NCBI RefSeq assembly: GCF_035084215.1
Contig: NW_027139442.1
Coordinates: 5,952,001 to 6,016,000 of the forward strand
DNA: 64,000 bases
Source: Heptranchias perlo
Lineage: Eukaryota
Direction: 5' to 3'
In this document: positions 12,816 through 25,240 of the stretch, in pieces
Position numbering within the stretch: the stretch's first letter is position 1
Layout of the letters: every line of letters starts with the position of its first letter
Program-made: the position numbers and the translations under genes
Notes under the pieces: generated by a model
Told to the model about the DNA's origin: nothing
Databases searched by the model: none
What the model saw: only the letters and a program-made list of their open reading frames with translations

Positions 12816-13457
12816 TTACTTCTTTTTGCCCGCTGCTTTCTTTGGCTTTGCTGACTTCGGCTTGGGCTTGGCCCTTGCTTTTTCTACCTTCTTCGCCTTC
12901 ACCGGCTTGGGGGTCTTGGGCTTCTTTGCCGCCGCTTTCTTCTTAATTGGTGATTTCGCCGCCTTTTTCGTGATCGATTTCTTGGCAACAGGTTTCTTGA
13001 CCGCTGATTTCTTGGCGGCCGGTTTCTTGGCCGTTAATTTCTTGACGGCTGTTTTTTTGTTCGCTGGTTTCTTTCCGGGAGATTTCTTGGTTACTTGTTT
13101 CTTCACCTTCTTTACCACTTTTGCCTGAGTTTCCTTCTTAGCGACTCTGAAGGAGCCCGAGGCGCCCGTGCCCTTGATCTGCACCAGGGAGCCTTTTTCC
13201 ACATTTCTCTTGATACTTAATTTAATCTGGGACCGGTGCTTCTCCACATCGACGCCTTTGGCAGCCAGAACCTTCTTTATCGCGGCCAGGGATATCCCCT
13301 TGCGATCCTTGCAATCCGCCACAATCTTGAGGATCTGTTCGCCCAACGGGGGACCGGTGGTCTTGGGTCGGGGAACCGCCTTCTTCTTCTTCGGAGACTT
13401 GAGTGGAGCGGCGGCGGCGGCAGGAGGAGCCGTTTCGGCGGCTGCAGTGTCTGTCAT
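12816..13457 (-). CDS. H1: Linker histone H1, replication-dependent, 213 aa
   Basis: MTDTAAAETAPP...; globular domain (GISLAAIKKVL...LVQIKGTGASGSF) and K/A/P-rich tail; stem-loop and H1 box present. Confidence 0.97.
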   Translation of the reverse strand: MTDTAAAETAPPAAAAAPLKSPKKKKAVPRPKTTGPPLGEQILKIVADCKDRKGISLAAIKKVLAAKGVDVEKHRSQIKLSIKRNVEKGSLVQIKGTGASGSFRVAKKETQAKVVKKVKKQVTKKSPGKKPANKKTAVKKLTAKKPAAKKSAVKKPVAKKSITKKAAKSPIKKKAAAKKPKTPKPVKAKKVEKARAKPKPKSAKPKKAAGKKK

Positions 13458-13529
13458 GTCCGGGACTCTGTCGAAAATCTCTCTGACAGTCAGAGCTGGG
13501 TCAGAAATGAAACGAGAGGCGGCGGCACA

Positions 13530-13610
13530 GAGCAACTTAAAGGCACAGAGCGGACGGGGCGGAGACATCCTGCTGTCAGCTCCCGGACCCTCCAGCCTCT
13601 CTGTGTTTCT
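13530..13610 (-). promoter_or_regulatory. H1 promoter: H1/AC box and GC box
   Basis: AAACACA on the minus strand at 13602-13608, GGGGCGG at 13556-13562, TATA-like TTTAAG near 13536-13541. Confidence 0.8.
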
Positions 13611-14649
13611 CTCTCCTCTTAAACTCGTTGGTTACAATTAAAAGCGGGCACTCCAGAGTCCCAGACTAGCCCCTTCCTATATCTCACACCGGAATGTTTG
13701 CTGTCGAAAAACTTTCACCGGAATTGAAAGCACCAGTTTCGATTTAAACCCGTTTCATTGCTGCACTGATCGCGCTCTCTCACCCGATCGCTGACACGAT
13801 CTCCGTTTTTCGTCTGAAATCTTGAATTGATCTGAAACTTTACCTTAATTTTTCACTTCGGAGCTCGGCAGGGGAGGAGGGCGATCCTTTGAAAGGGATT
13901 TTTTTTAATTTTACTGTAAAGCGACCCGGAAATACGGCGATGTGACCGGCCACACAAACACAGTGACATTAATCTAATCCGCCCGCCCCTTTAACACACT
14001 CTCTCTGACACAATGTTCACATCTTCACATTCACAGGACAAACTGGTCGCCAGATTGACAATTCCCGGGACAGGCTTTCCTCCCCGCTCGGCCTGTGCTG
14101 CAGATTCTCGGGTGTTAGTTGTAGTTTCCCAGCTCAGTAACTGTTAAACACTCTGAGGCCGGCGCTCCTCACAGTGTCTGGTCCCCAGATTCAGTGGCAG
14201 GAGTCAATCACAGCTGTTCGTGTGATAATTCACATCTGGTTTTAAAATATTATACTGTTCGTACACAGAAATATGTTTGGTTAAGACGATAATACAAATT
14301 ATCCGCTCTGGGCTCTTCCAGTCTCTCTGTGTTTCTCTCTCCTCCTAAACTGACTGACAGACAATAGTAACTGGTGTCCTATCCGTCCCATTCTCAACAC
14401 CCAGAGACGGCTCGTTACAGAATAAATTCAACACTAACAGGCAGTCCAGTGTCAGGCCGTTCCAGGCTGTTTCTCCCCACCTTTCCTTACTGGACTGGAG
14501 ACTGATAAATGCAGCGTCAATCCGGCTCATACATAATAGAAGGGACAGTGACTATCTCACCAACAGCACCGGAGGTCTGTTCACAAACACTGAATCAGTC
14601 TTTACCTTCCACCAGGGTGTCGATATTAAGCTCAGTTACAGTATTTCGC

Positions 14650-17020
14650 TTTCATTTACAGCGCTGGAGAGAGAGAAAGACAGACCGACAGATAAACAGA
14701 CAGACAGAGACACACACACAGACAATGTATCAGTCTCACACTTCCTATCAGTATGTCCGTTTCACGCTCAGTAACAGTATCCCACATTCATATGCTGTGC
14801 AAAAGAGAGAGAGAGAAACTGACCTGTAATGTCCAGCATTCACCCAGTAACAAATTGGAAAAAATATTCCATTCCAATTGCTATTCCAAGGTGGAGTGAC
14901 AGAAGATGCAGTCTCATCTCTCACTAAAATTATTTCAGAGACAGACACATTATTAATCCCATTCTCAGGGACAGTGTCACACATTTAACCCTCTCTTGCA
15001 TGTTTCACCCTTTGTAATCTTGCAGCTCAGGCCCATTCAGTATTTCTCTCAGTGACCGAGAGTTTCATTCCGATTGAAATAATCTGGGACTGTTGCTGTC
15101 AGATGTTAATCCCACACGATCGAAGCCAATATACGGACTGCCACTTTCCTCCGCTGTTTCTCCAGGATTGGTTTGAGAAATCGTCCCTCCAGTTTCGGAG
15201 TCACGCGTTGCTTTATCAGTCAGGGAGCCAAGAATGAACAGAACCCATTGGCTCATTTCACAGCCGCCCATTTTATCTATGAAAGGCCGTTTACCATCAA
15301 AAGATACCGAGAGAAACAGCAGGGATGGAAACATCGAGTTTAATAGTGAGAGATTGTAAAGTCAGTCTGGATTCCAGCGTTAGGCACTGGTGGAATCCCA
15401 TCTGTTTCCCATTCTGGTGCCTGTTCCTGCACTGCCTGTGGACCCCATTCCCTCTGACCTTTCTGAGAGTGATAATACACATACTGTGTGTGAGAAGGAG
15501 TTGGCTGCACTGTTCCTTTGTCTCTGGGGGAGGAAACTTCACATTCATTCTGGATCCTTCTCGGATTTGCTCAGACTCTGAAAAATTCCGATTGGGGAAA
15601 GTTTCCATCGATTTTTGTATTGGGAATTAAACCAGATATCTGCGCATGCGTGACCCAGCCCCGCCCCCAGCGCTGATTGTTGGTGAGCAGAAGAGCGCAT
15701 GCGCGCTCCCCTCCCCCAGCTCGGCCTGTGGGCGCCATTCCCTCAGTGAGCGGAAGAAGTTGGTTTGAAACAGCCGGGAATGGAGAGATCACGGCCCCCG
15801 GGGGAAGGGAGCAAAGAGCAGCCTCGTTACAGCAGCTCATCGCTTCGGGACCGTGTCCGCAGATGGGCTCAGAGATCGGCATTGAGTCCGGGGGAAGGGC
15901 AGGGGGAGTCCGGGGGTTTGTTTGTAAGAGGCGGAGTGGATCAGGAACTGGTCCCGGAACATGGAGTGAGCGGGGGAAGGGAGAGGTCATTCTCGGGCTG
16001 TGTGTGCACAGGGTGTGTCCAGGGGAAGGGAGACAGAATGGGAAGAACCTGCTATTTAAAATCATTGCTGCTTTCTCTCCCCAAACCAGTAGTGAATGGT
16101 CCTGGTTTAGTTCCAGTCTCACCCTGTTTATTGTTATTGGACAGTGAAGAGTGGAACCAGAGCCGGACAGTAAGGATGTGGGGAGTTATACAAAGAGCAT
16201 CTATTGAAGGCACCAGGTGAGAAGTGTGAAGGACACATTTCTAACAGCGGCTGTTTGCTTTCAGTTGAACGGTTAGTCCCATGGGAGAGGGGATTAGAAA
16301 CCCGACCTGCACAAAGGTCCCTGCCCCATCGGGTAGTCCCATTCATGGATCAGTGCAGTGGTTGCATTTTGTCTGGATGTCACCACATTGTTCTAAAACA
16401 GCCTAACACACCTGGTATGCTGAAGCTGAGTGCTGCAGTACTGCAGTCGAGTCAGACACTGACACTTTATCACTGGTTTTCATTTGTCGATGTACAAAAT
16501 AATTATTAACAGAGCTATTAAACTGATCACTTTTGTATTTTCTACCTCACCTGTTATTGAGTAACATGAGATAATTTTCTTTCTGCAGGCAAATCCGAGA
16601 AGGATCCAGAATGAATGTGAAGTTTCCTCCCCCCGAGACAAAGGAACAGTGCAGCCAACTCCTTCTCACACACAGTATGTATATTATCACTCTGAGAGCA
16701 CAGAGACACAGACAGGTCATCAGTTCCACAGTCTCAGACAGCAGAAGTAGTCAGTCCCACACTGATCCCAAGTTCCAGAGACACATTTCCAATCCAACAG
16801 TCAAACAGAGCAGGTGAGGCAGACACTGTTCCATTGCACCCGAACTCAGTCCCGCTGACAGGGAGATACAAAAATCCCAGTCCAAAGTCACACTATCAGA
16901 TTGTCAATTTCCAAGAAGTGCAGCATTCGCCATGAATTAAAAACCAGATTCCCCGAGATTCCAATTGAATACTAGCCCAGAACTCTCACACCCACACGGG
17001 AGTTTAATACATGCAGTATC
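14650..17020 (+). other. Repeated non-coding module: CpG/NRF1-type promoter (~15640-15780), exon-like 16145-16216 and 16589-16813
   Basis: GCGCATGCG x2 and GC box; TTATTGGACAG|...CACCAG|GTGAGA and TTTCTGCAG|...AGCAG|GTGAGG splice-site pairs; homologous copies elsewhere in the window. Confidence 0.6.
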
Positions 17021-17449
17021 CATTCGAATAGTGTACCATTCGAATACAAATTGCAAGTCCAAAAATCATGTACAATATCAGATTGAGAAATGCTGTGACA
17101 GTGTAACCTGAGAAACAAATTAGATACCAGTTTATAATACACTCATAGCATGAGATTTAAAGATACAGTATCAATTCCTTTACTGCAGGCTGATCGACAC
17201 ATTATATACCAATTCAAAAATGTCACCATATCAGTTTGAAAGAAATATTATCATTCACAACAGTACTCACAGAGATACTGATATGATACTCGTCCAAAAA
17301 ACACAAATCTTCTGATTAAAACCTCCAGCATCAAATCCTAAAGTGTATCCATGTTTACCAATTAAATACTGGGAAAAACTGTTTAAACATTAAGATCGTA
17401 AAGCTACAGTATTGAAGACCATAATGTAATCTGAGAGAATAATTATATA

Positions 17450-18700
17450 CAGATACAGAATGAATCTCACACTCAGATACAGTACAGAGACACACAAACA
17501 CAGAATGAATCCCACACTCACATACAGTACTAGAGTTTGCCAGACACAGAGTGAATCCAACACTCAAGTATGGTACTAGAGATGTCAGATACAGAATGTA
17601 TCCCACACTGACATACAGTACCAAGGACTGACAGATAGGAAAACCATCCCACACTCTCATAAAGCACTGGAGACTGAGAGATACAAAATAAATCCCAAAC
17701 TCAAACACAGTACCTGAGATTGGCAGATACAGAATGAAGGCCACACTCACGTACAGTACCAGAGTATGACAGGGTACAGAATGAATCTCACACTCACACA
17801 CAGCACCAGAGACTGACAGATACAGAATGAATCCCACACTCATACACAGTACCAGAGTCTGACAGAGTACAGAATGAATCTCACACTCACACAGAGCACC
17901 AGAGACTGACAGATACAGAATGAATCCCACACTCACACGCAGTACCTGAGATTGGCAGATACAGAATGAATCTCACACACAGCACCGGAGACTGACAGAT
18001 ACAGAATGAATCCCACACTCACACGCAGTACCTGAGTTTGGCAGATACAGAATGAATCTCACACTCACACACAGTACCAGAGACTGACAGATACAGAATG
18101 AATCCCACACTCACACACAGTACCTGAGATTGGCAGATACAGAATGAATCTCACACACAGCACCAGAGACTGACAGATACAGAATGAATCCCACACTCAT
18201 ACACAGTACCAGAGACTGACAGATACAGAATGAATCCCACACACACACGCAGTACCTGAGATTGGCAGATACAGAATGAATCCCACACTCACACACAGTA
18301 CCTGAGATTGGCAGATACAGAATGAATCTCACACACAGCACCAGAGACTGACAGATACAGAATGAATCCCACACTCATACACAGTACCAGAGACTGACAG
18401 ATACAGAATGAATCCCACACACACACGCAGTACCTGAGATTGGCAGATACAGAATGAATCTCACACTCACACACAGTACCAGAGACTGACAGATACAGTA
18501 TGAATCTCACACCAACATACATTATGAGAAACTGCATATATGGAAATAATTCAACACCCACACACAGTACTAGAGAATGTATATGCAGAATGAATCCCAC
18601 AGTCAAATAGAGTACCAGAGAGTGACAGTTACAGCATGAATCCCACACTCACAATCAGTACCAGAGACTGAGAGATACAAAGTGAATCTCACAGTCACCT
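17450..18700 (+). repeat. 46-bp minisatellite array
   Basis: Unit ACAGAATGAATCCCACACTCACACACAGTACCAGAGACTGACAGAT; smaller arrays at ~1065-1310, 2210-2590, 5425-5630, 19530-19900, 20720-21085, 25430-25690. Confidence 0.95.
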
Positions 18701-21085
18701 ACATTAGTGCAGGCTGAGTTACACATTACGTACCAGAGCAAAAATCTCACAGTCGCAGATCGAAAGATACCTCATCAATTCCATCAATGTTGGCTTAGTT
18801 ACACATTACATACCAGTCCAAAAATCTCATAGTGTCAGTTTTAAAGGTGCAGTATCAATTCTATTAGCGCAGACTGAGCTACATATTAGATATATTGGTA
18901 AATACTCATGGAGTATTATACTGAAATAAACAGTATCAATACCATTGGTACAGACTGAACTATACATTACATACGAGTCCAAAAACCTCATAAATGATCA
19001 GACTGGAAAATAGAGTTTCAATTCTATGAGCACTGCCTGAGCTGTACATTACATACCAGACTGGAAATCCCATAAAATATTAGACTAAAAGATGTAGTAT
19101 CGATTTCATGAGTGCAGACTGAGCCACACATTATATAGCAGTCAAAGAATCTCATACCTTATCAGACTCAAAGATACAATATCAATTCCATTAGCACAGA
19201 CTGAGCTACATGTTACACACCAGTCCAAAAATCTCATACAGTTTAGACTGAGATACAGAATTAATCCCATTATTGCAGACTAAACTAAACATTACATACC
19301 AGTCCAATAATTTCACCGGGAACAGATTGAAAGGTACATTACCATTCACAATAAAGTTCAGAGATTAAGATGTAATACTACTCCAAAACTCACACACATT
19401 GTTTGATTAAAGAAAATTGAAAAGTTTATCCATATTAACAAATTAAATACTCGATGAAGAACTGTATATAATTTAAAGTATTAAATCTACAGTTTCAAAA
19501 ACGATACTGTAAACTGAAATAAGAACACCGAATGAATCCAGACTTGCACATTGTATCAGAGACTGAATTACAGAATGAATCCCACACTGAGAGAAAGTAG
19601 CAGAGAATGGCAGATACAGAATGAATCCCACACACACAGATAGCACTAGAGACTGACAGATACAGAATGAATCCATCACTTATATATAATACCCCTGAGA
19701 CTGAGAGATGCAGAATATACCCCATGCTCACACTCAGTACCAGAGACTGACAGATATAGAATAAATCCTACAATCACATACAGTATCCGGAACAGAATGA
19801 ATCTCACTCACGCACAGTACCAGGGACTGACAGATACAGAATGAATCTCTCACTCAAAAAGTACCAGAGACTGACGGATACAGAATGAATGTCACAGTCA
19901 CATTACTGCTGACTGAGTTACACTTTACAGACCAGTCCAAAGATCTCATAGTATCAGATTGAAAGATAGAGTATAAATTCCATTAGTGCAGACTGAGCTA
20001 CATATTAGATATATTGGTAAATACTCAGTATTATACAGATATAAATATTATCAATACCATTGGTGCAGACTGAGCTACACATTACATACGAGTCCAAAAA
20101 TCACACCAATGATCAGACTGAAAGATATAGTTTAAATTCTTTTAGCACCGCCTGAGCTAAACATTATATAACAGTCCAACAATCTCATACAATGTTAGAC
20201 TGAAAGGTACAGTATCGATTTCATTAGTGCAGACTGAGCCACACATTATATAGCAATCCAAGAATCTCATACCTTATCAGACTCAAAGATATAATATCAA
20301 TTCCATTAGCACAGACTGAACTACATGTTACTCACCAGTCCAAAAACTTCATACAGGATAAGACTGATAGATACAGTATCAATTCCTTTAGTGCAGGATG
20401 AGCTACATATTACATATCGTGTCCAAAAATCACATGTCGTGTTAGACTCAGATACAGAATTAATCCCATTATTGCAGACTGAGCTACTCATTACATACCA
20501 GTCCAATAATTTCACCGGGAACAGATTGAAAGGTACATTATCATTCACAATACAGTTCAGAGATTAAGATACAATACTACTCCAAAACTCTCACACATTG
20601 TTTGAATAAAGAAAATCGAAAAATGTATCCATATTAACAACGTAAATAATCGACGAAGAACTATATATAATTTAAAGCATTAAAGATACAGTTTCAAATA
20701 CGATACTGTAAACTGAAATAAGAATACAGAATGAATCCAGACTTGCACATTGTCTCAGAGACTGAATGACAGATTGAATCCCTCACTGAGAAAAGTAGCA
20801 GAGAATGGCAGATACAGAATGAATCCTACACTCACATACAGCACCAGAAAATGACAGATACAGAATTAATCCCACACTCGCATAAAGTACCAGAGACTGA
20901 CAGATACAGAATGAATCCATCACTTATATATAGTACCTGAGACTGAAAGATGCAGAACATACCCCATGCTCACACTCAGTACCAGAGATTGACAGATACT
21001 GAATGAATCCCAAACTCACGCACAGTACCAGAGACTGACAATGACAGAATCAACCCCACTCTCATGTACAGTGCTGGAGACTGAC
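18700..21085 (+). repeat. ~82-bp/46-bp satellite mosaic, itself a ~1.2-kb tandem duplication
   Basis: 18700-19900 is colinear with 19900-21085. Confidence 0.88.
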
Positions 21086-21103
21086 ATCTACTGGCCGTAA
21101 GCG

Positions 21104-22356
21104 AGAATCATAGAATCATAGAAGAATCATTGAAGTTACAACATGGAAACAGGCCCTTCGGCCCAACATGTCCATGTCGCCCAGTTTATACCACTAAGCT
21201 AGTCCCAATTGCGTGCACTTGGCCCATATCCCTCCATACCCATCTTACCCATGTAACTGTCCAAATGCTTTTTAAAAGACAAAATTGTACCCGCCTCTAC
21301 TACTGCCTCTGGCAGCTCGTTCCAGACACTCACCACCCTTTGAGTGAAAAAATTGCCACTCTGGACCCTTTTGTATCTCTCCCCTCTCACCTTAAATCTG
21401 TGCCCCCTCGTTATAGACTCCCCTACCTTTGGGAAAAGATTTTGACTATCGACCTTATCTATGCCCCTCATTATTTTATAGACTTCTATAAGATCACCCC
21501 TTAACCTCCTACTCTCCAGGGAAAAAAGTCCCAGTCTGTCTAACCTCTCCCTGTAAGTCAAACCATCAAGTCCCGGTAGCATCCTAGTAAATCTTTTCTG
21601 CACTCTTTCTAGTTTAATAATATCCTTTCTATAATAGGGTGACCAGAACTGTACACAGTACTCCAAGTGTGGCCTCACCAATGCCCTGTACAACTTCAAC
21701 AAGACATCCCAACTCCTGCATTCAATGTTCTGACCAATGAAACCAAGCATGCTGAATGCCTTCTTCACCACCCTATCCACCTGTGACTCCACTTTCAAGG
21801 AGCTATGAACCTGTACTCCTAGATCTCTTTGTTCTATAACTCTCCCCAACGCCCTACCATTAACGGAGTAGGTCCTGGCCCGATTCGATCTACCAAAATG
21901 CATCACCTCACATTTATCTATATTAAACTCCATCTGCCATTCATCGGCCCACTGGCCCAATTTATCAAGATCCCGTTGCAATCCTAGATAACCTTCTTCA
22001 CTGTCCACAATGCCACCAATCTTGGTGTCATCTGCAAACTTACTAACCATGCCTCCTAAATTCTCATCCAAATCATTAATATAAATAACAAATAACAGCG
22101 GACCCAACACCGATCCCTGAGGCACACCGCTGGGCACAGGCATCCAGTTTGAAAAACAACCCTCTACAACCACCCTCTGTCTTCTGTCGTCAATCCAATT
22201 TTGTATCCAATTGGCTACCTCACCTTGGATCCCATGAGATTTAACCTTATGTAACAACCTACCATGCGGTACCTTGTCAAATGCTTTGCTGAAGTCCATG
22301 TAGACCACGTCTACTGCACAGCCCTCATCTATCTTCTTGGTTACCCCTTCAAAAAA
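21104..22356 (-). mobile_element. 5'-truncated CR1 (HER1-like) LINE with uninterrupted RT C-terminal ORF
   Basis: VDVVYMDFSKAFDKVPH, GVPQGSVLGP, SKFADDTK, RRLRGDLIEVYKI motifs; (TATGATTC)n 3' tail at 21104-21130; absent from the paralogous site at ~2610. Confidence 0.96.
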
Positions 22357-23959
22357 CAAATTCACATTATCTGTCGTGGTTACAGAAACAGGATAATGTG
22401 CAATGTGATGGAAGTTTCGGTCTGCAACTTTTACTCTCGTATTTTTGCACTTTTTGACGGTGAAAAATGAAGACAATTAATTCATAATAAAGTTTTTGTT
22501 TCTCTCATTCGATAGTTGTGAATTTACCCCATTGTATTTCACTTTACATTGCGAAGTATTTCTCGCTGATATCTCAGGATGATTTACATTGCACCTCAAC
22601 CCCATTTAGACTCTTATTTTCCATGCAGTATGTGGCCTCCTTATTCCCCCGAGCGAAATGCACCACCTCACACTTTTCTATATTGAAATTCAATGGCCAT
22701 TTACACGGCCGTTCTGCAAGTTTATTTTGTCCCAGTCTTCCTCAATATTGACTATACGCCCTAAATCGATTACAAGAATTTAACACAGCATTACAAGTAG
22801 TTTTTGGTCCAAAAAAATGTACTTGCAGCTCGTCTCCATTCCCAGTTTTTTCTAAATCCCACTCGTGCAATATAATGTGAAGAATGAGTTTATCTTCTGT
22901 CCCTCTCTCATCTGCAAACTTCAATGTCCCGGGGTTTGGGGACATCTACTAGCCGAAAGCAGAACTGCAAAAGTTCGGAACAAATTGCTGAAACCGGACA
23001 ATGTGCAGTGTGAGCGTGTTTGTGATTGGTGGCAGGTACTAAATCTGATTTTTTAAACCTGCCCATTAACCTTTAGTGTTTGTTATTGAACAGTAAACAG
23101 AGCCGGACAGTAAGGATATGGGGTGTTATACAAAGAGCATCTATTGCAGGCATCAGGTGAGAAGTGTGAAGGTCACATTTTAAACAGTGGCTGTTTTGTT
23201 TCGGTTGAACGGTTAGTCCCATGAGAGAGGGGATTAGAAACCTGACGTGTGCAAAGGTCCCTGCCCAATCGGGTAGACCCATTCATGGATCAGTGCAGGG
23301 GTTGGGTTGTGTCTGGATGTCACTAAATTTTAAAATTGCCCAACACACCTGTTGTGCAGAAGCTGAGTGCTGCAGTACTGCAGTGGAATCAGACACTGAC
23401 ACTGTTTGTATCGCTGTTTTTCCTTTGTGGATATTAAAATGATTATTAACAGAGAGATTCAATTGATCACTTTTGGTTTTTTCTACCTCACCTGTTCTTG
23501 AGTTAAAAGAGACAGTTTTTTTTTCCATCAGTCAATTCGTTGAAGGACCCAGAATCAGTGTGATGTTTACTCCACCCGAGGCACAAGGAGCAGTCAGTGC
23601 AGCCAGCTCCTTCCCACACACAGTATGTACATTAACACTCAGAGCATAGAGACACAGACAGGTCATCAGTTCCACATTCTCAGATAGCAGAAATGGTCAA
23701 TACCACACTGATCCCAATCCAACAGTCAAACAGAGCAGGAGAGACAGACGGAATTTCTATTTCACAATGACTCAGTACCGCTGACTGGCAAATAAATAAT
23801 TCCCAGTCCAAAATCACACCCAGTTTCAGATTGAAAGGCACTGTTTCAATTCTCACATTATTTCAGCCTTAGCTACAAATTAAATACCAGATAGAACTGA
23901 CACATGGTACTGATTGATAGATACAGAGTGAATAACAATAGTGTACTCCAAGATTAAAA

Positions 23960-25240
23960 TTAAATACCAGCCCTCAACTCACACACATTTTGAGTTTAAA
24001 AGTGCAGTATTCATGCCAATAGTGCACCCTGAGATACAAATTAGATACCAATTCAGATGTTACCCATATTTGACTCACATATATGTTCAAAAAGCTCATG
24101 GTGTCAGAATGAAATGTACAGTTTTAATTCCTTTACTGCAGATTGAGGTACACGTTAGGTACCAGTCCAAAATTCTCATACAGTATAAAACTGAAAGATA
24201 TAGTGTTGATTTGATTAGTACAGACTGACGTACACATTACATACCAGTACAAAAATCTCTCACAGTATGAGACTGAAAGATGCAGTATCATCCCATTAGT
24301 GCAGACTGAGCTACACATTATATACCAGTCCAAAAATCACATTCAGGGTCAAACTGAAAGGCACAGTATGAATTCCATTACAGCAGACTGAGCTACACAT
24401 TATATACCAGTTCAAAAAACAGATTCAGGGTCATGCCGAATGATGCAGTATCAATCCCATTAGTGCAGAATGAGTTACACATTACACACCAGTCTAAATA
24501 TATTCCGCAGCATCAGACTGAAAGATACAGTATCAATTCCATTAGTGCAGACTGAGCTACACATTATATACAGTCCAAAATTCGCATGCAGTGTCGTACT
24601 GAAATATACAGTATGAATCCTATTAGTGTGGACTAAGCCACACATTACAAACCAGTCCAAAAATCTCTCTCAGTGTCTGACTGAAAGCTAGTGTCAATTC
24701 CATTCGTACAGACTGAACTACACATTACATATCAGTCCAAAAATCACTTCAAGCTCATGCTGAAATGTACAGCATCAATTCCATTAGTGTTGACTGAACC
24801 ACACATTGCATACTAGAACAAAAAAAAATCACAGTGTCAGATTGACAGAAAACGTATCAATTCCATCAATGCTGAATGAGCAACAAATTACATACAATCC
24901 ATAAATCTCATAAGCTACACATTACATACCGGTCCAAAAACCTCACACGGTATCGGACTGAAAGATACAGTATCATTCTTATTATAGCTGATTGAGCCCC
25001 AGTATCAATTTGATTTGTACAGACTGAGCTACACATTCCATACCAGTTCAAAAACCTCATACTTCATCTTTAAGTCTGTTACTGTATCAATTCCATTATA
25101 GCTGACTGAGCTACACCTTACAGACTAATCTAAATATATTACACAGAATCAGACTGAAAGATACAGTATCAATTCCATTAGCGCAGACTGAGCTGCACAA
25201 GAAATACCAGTCCAATAATTTCACAGTAAAAGATGAAATG
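23960..25240 (+). repeat. ~82-bp tandem repeat array (paralogue of 4200-5240)
   Basis: Same unit, more copies. Confidence 0.9.

Noticed and set aside
16217-16588. Intronic snoRNA or miRNA in the module
   Set aside because: No convincing C/D or H/ACA boxes or long hairpin visible by eye; would need an Infernal/Rfam search.
16611-16817. Conserved micropeptide (KEQCSQLLLTHS...) in the module's large exon
   Set aside because: The start codon is not shared and the frame is broken in other copies; similarity is explained by recent duplication.
17355-18648. Cys/Val/Ser-rich ORFs (e.g. 193 aa at 17355-17936) and similar ones at 33.5, 39-42 and 54-58 kb
   Set aside because: These are translations of the 46-bp satellite. 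The unit length is not a multiple of 3, so the same peptides appear in all frames.
17450-18700. CRISPR-like regular repeats
   Set aside because: No unique spacers and no cas genes; these are head-to-tail eukaryotic minisatellites.
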